A stretch of DNA of 33,464 bases from Peptococcaceae bacterium (lineage in GTDB: Bacteria > Bacillota > DSM-12270 > Thermacetogeniales > Thermacetogeniaceae). The notes under the pieces are model-generated. The model was not told the DNA's origin. It ran no database searches and saw only the letters and a program-made list of their open reading frames with translations. The position numbers and the translations under genes are program-made. The DNA lies in the NCBI GenBank assembly GCA_003132605.1, contig PKYJ01000028.1:1-33464 (forward strand), written 5' to 3'. Below, piece after piece: positions 31,327-33,464 of this stretch. The stretch's first letter is position 1. Each line of letters starts with the position of its first letter.

Positions 31327-32445
31327 TTATCTTCCGGCCTCCGACCTCTGCTCGGGGTATCCTGTGATCATCAGGTCGGCGCCTATTTTTTGGCACTCCA
31401 GTGCTGTGAGCTGCAACGCCTCGGCCAGGGTTGCCGCCCCCGCCCCCCCGAAGGGACCGGGGGCGCTGTTGCCGCCGATAATCCCGGGGGCGACAAAGAA
31501 GATAAACTTGTCGACGGCTCGCGCTTTGAGAAAGTTGGCATTCAGGAGACTGCCGCCTTCCAGGAGCAGGCTGACCAACTCCCGTCTCCCCATCTCCCGC
31601 AGTAGCGCCTGGATGTCTACCAGGCCATCAACTCCCGGCAGCTCCCAGACTTCCACCCCCCGTTCCATCAGCATCTCTTTCTTGCCGGGCGGGCATTGCC
31701 CCTCTACCACGGCCACTGCCGCCGGGTAATCCCGCGCCGTCTGCACCAACTGAGACTCCAGGGGGATTCTGAGGCTGCTGTCGGCGACCACCCGCAGCGG
31801 CTTCTTTTCAGCGCCCGGCAGCCTGACCGTCAGCAGGGGGTCATCCGCCAGCACCGTCCCTATTCCCACCAGCACGGCATCATTCTCTGCTCGAACATGC
31901 TGCGCCAGGTTGCGGGATTCAGGACCGGTGATCCACTTGGAATCTCCCGATCTGGTGGCGATCTTGCCGTCCAGGCTCATTCCGGCCTTGAGGGTGACAA
32001 AGGGTTGCCTGGCTACGATGTACTTGAAAAAAGCCTCGTTGAGGCGCCTGGCCTCGGCATCCAGTACTCCGGACCGCACTTCCAAGCCTGCCTGCTGCAA
32101 GGCCTGCAGGCCATTTCCCGCCATCAGCGGGTTTGGGTCCGGGGTGGCCGCGACCACCCTCTTGATGGCCGCTCTGATAATCGCCTCGGTGCATGGCGGT
32201 GTCCGTCCAAAGTGGCAGCAGGGCTCCAGAGAAACGTACAGGGTCGCCCCCCTGGCCCGTAACCCGGCTTGCCTGAGGGCGAGGATTTCAGCATGGGGCA
32301 TGCCCGCTTTATGGTGGTAACCCTCTCCCAGGACTGTTCCGTCGCTGACGACGACCGCCCCCACCATGGGATTGGGGCTGGTCTTCCCCTTCGCCAGCGC
32401 TGCCAGCTCCAACGCCCGGGCTATAAAGGCATGATCTTGATCCAC
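31327..32445 (-). CDS. ribD: bifunctional diaminohydroxyphosphoribosylaminopyrimidine deaminase / 5-amino-6-(5-phosphoribosylamino)uracil reductase
   Basis: Deaminase Zn motifs HAEILAL and LEPCCHFGRTPPC, plus a reductase domain. GTG at 32445 lies 7 nt after GGAGATGGAGG. Confidence 0.9.
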   Translation of the reverse strand: MDQDHAFIARALELAALAKGKTSPNPMVGAVVVSDGTVLGEGYHHKAGMPHAEILALRQAGLRARGATLYVSLEPCCHFGRTPPCTEAIIRAAIKRVVAATPDPNPLMAGNGLQALQQAGLEVRSGVLDAEARRLNEAFFKYIVARQPFVTLKAGMSLDGKIATRSGDSKWITGPESRNLAQHVRAENDAVLVGIGTVLADDPLLTVRLPGAEKKPLRVVADSSLRIPLESQLVQTARDYPAAVAVVEGQCPPGKKEMLMERGVEVWELPGVDGLVDIQALLREMGRRELVSLLLEGGSLLNANFLKARAVDKFIFFVAPGIIGGNSAPGPFGGAGAATLAEALQLTALECQKIGADLMITGYPEQRSEAGR

Positions 32446-32499
32446 GGCGCCGCCTCCATCTCCCAAGCTAACAACAGCCACCTGCGCCCATTATTATAA

Positions 32500-32728
32500 A
32501 ACAAAAAACCCACCACCTGGGAGGCGAGGGTTGATCAAGACCAGCACAAAGCCAGCATGAACAAGAGCGCCACTCTCCCATCCAGACTCTACTGTCGGCT
32601 CCGGATTCCCACCGGATCAGCCCTGCGCCTGCATCGTTTCACCGATCGCCGGTCCCGGGTTCGCGGGCTCATCCTCCTGAAGAGGCATCACCGCCGGTGC
32701 GGGAATCTCACCCGCCCCCCGAGGAACT
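32500..32728 (-). promoter_or_regulatory. FMN riboswitch (RFN element) with intrinsic terminator
   Basis: Minus-strand aptamer at about 32568-32728: CTCGGGGGGCGGGTGAGATTCCCGCACCGGCGGT...AGCCCGCGAACC...GGTGGGAATCCGGAGCCGACAGTAGAGTCTGGATGGGAGAG. A terminator follows at 32500-32532: AACCCUCGCC-UCCCA-GGUGGUGGGUU plus UUUUGUUUU. It lies upstream of ribD. Confidence 0.9.
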
Positions 32729-32739
32729 TCACAAATTTC

Positions 32740-32768
32740 ATTTTACACCCATTAATATTGAGCGTCAA
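32740..32768 (-). promoter_or_regulatory. putative sigma-A promoter of the rib operon
   Basis: Minus strand TTGACG-17 nt-TAAAAT. The -35 overlaps the rpe stop codon. Confidence 0.6.
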
Positions 32769-33430
32769 GAAAAGTGTTCTACCAACTTCCTGTATTCTTG
32801 CAGGGTCGCGGCCGCGTCCCCTGACCCGAACAGGGCGGAGCCGATGACGAGATGATTGGCGCCGGCAGTTGCAACCGCCTCCACGTTGGCCTTGTTGATG
32901 CCGCCGTCCACCTGCAGGTCCGGCCGCCGATCGCTGGCGTCGAGCATGCTGCGCAGAGCCCGAATCTTATCATACATCCCGGCGATGAACTCCTGCCCTC
33001 CCCATCCGGGGCTAACCGTCATCAACAGCACCAGGTCCACCTGGTCAAGGACATACTCCACGGCAGTCAACGGCGTGGCCGGGTTCAAGGCCACCCCCGC
33101 CTTCAGGCCGAGGGCCTTCACGGCTTCAACGGTGCGATAGAGGTGCGGGCAGGTCTCGGCGTGCACGGTGATACTGTCGCTCCCGGCCGCGGCGAAAGCC
33201 TCCAACAGGCAATCCGGGTGGTTTACCATGAGGTGGGCGTCGAAGGGCAGCCCGGTGGTCTTGCGAAGGGCTGCCACCACCGGCGGCCCGAAGGTCAGGT
33301 TGGGAACAAAGTGGCCGTCCATGATATCCAGGTGCAGGGAGTCGGCGCCCCCCTGTTCCAGGAGACGCACCTGGTCGGCCAGCCGGCTAAAATCAGCGTT
33401 CAGGATAGATGGCGCAATCTTGATCCTCAC
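32765..33430 (-). CDS. rpe: ribulose-phosphate 3-epimerase
   Basis: (GTG)RIKIAPSILNADFSRL...LHLDIMDGHFVPNLTFG...DAHLMV...VNPG..GQ.F is the canonical Rpe pattern. SD GAAGGAGAGGA. Confidence 0.95.
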   Translation of the reverse strand: MRIKIAPSILNADFSRLADQVRLLEQGGADSLHLDIMDGHFVPNLTFGPPVVAALRKTTGLPFDAHLMVNHPDCLLEAFAAAGSDSITVHAETCPHLYRTVEAVKALGLKAGVALNPATPLTAVEYVLDQVDLVLLMTVSPGWGGQEFIAGMYDKIRALRSMLDASDRRPDLQVDGGINKANVEAVATAGANHLVIGSALFGSGDAAATLQEYRKLVEHFS

Positions 33431-33450
33431 GAGTAGGTCCTCTCCTTCAC

Positions 33451-33464
33451 CACAGATGACTACC
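33451..33464 (+). repeat. start of another module A copy (cut by window end)
   Basis: CACAGATGACTACC equals the left terminus seen at 29151 (CACAGATGGCTACC) and at 12644-12657 (reverse complement). It begins 20 nt upstream of the rpe start, the same placement as upstream of ribH. Confidence 0.5.

Overview
Core-chromosome segment of a moderately GC-rich, endospore-forming Firmicute with a Clostridia-like gene order. Almost everything is on the minus strand. In window order: mtnA(partial)-mtnP-ftsY-smc-spoVS-rnc-fabF-acpP-fabG-fabD-[fabH relic]-plsX-fapR-rpmF-yceD/ylbN-ackA-pta; ylbJ (+); coiled-coil ORF-coaD-rsmD; a poorly conserved patch at about 19.0-20.9 kb; udg; gpr (+); two tandem alpha/beta SASP genes; recG-yloV-yloU; rpmB (+); a phosphoesterase relic; the ribD-ribE-ribBA-ribH operon behind an FMN riboswitch; rpe. 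Two ribosomal protein genes missing from or obscured in the ORF track were recovered by eye: rpmF (12348-12521) and rpmB (28139-28324). A window-edge mtnA fragment was also recovered. Most of the long plus-strand ORFs in the track are antisense shadow ORFs. Observations worth follow-up: (1) An unrecognised ~123-bp composite double-hairpin repeat has at least 6 full, partial or degenerate copies in 33 kb. Two copies fill stop-codon-to-RBS spacers inside operons, and one sits exactly where a metallophosphoesterase gene is truncated. (2) A canonical cobalamin riboswitch plus terminator has no downstream gene on its own strand. It lies 3' of a cooT-like gene and points antisense into a YkgJ-like Cys-cluster ORF. 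(3) That Cys-cluster ORF lacks an in-frame ATG, GTG or TTG start near its 5' end and is reached from an SD+ATG only by a +1 shift at CCC_TGA. (4) A fabH relic lies between plsX and fabD. (5) A candidate terminator-bounded small RNA lies upstream of rsmD. All family assignments are from reading the translations and motifs by eye. No database search was run.
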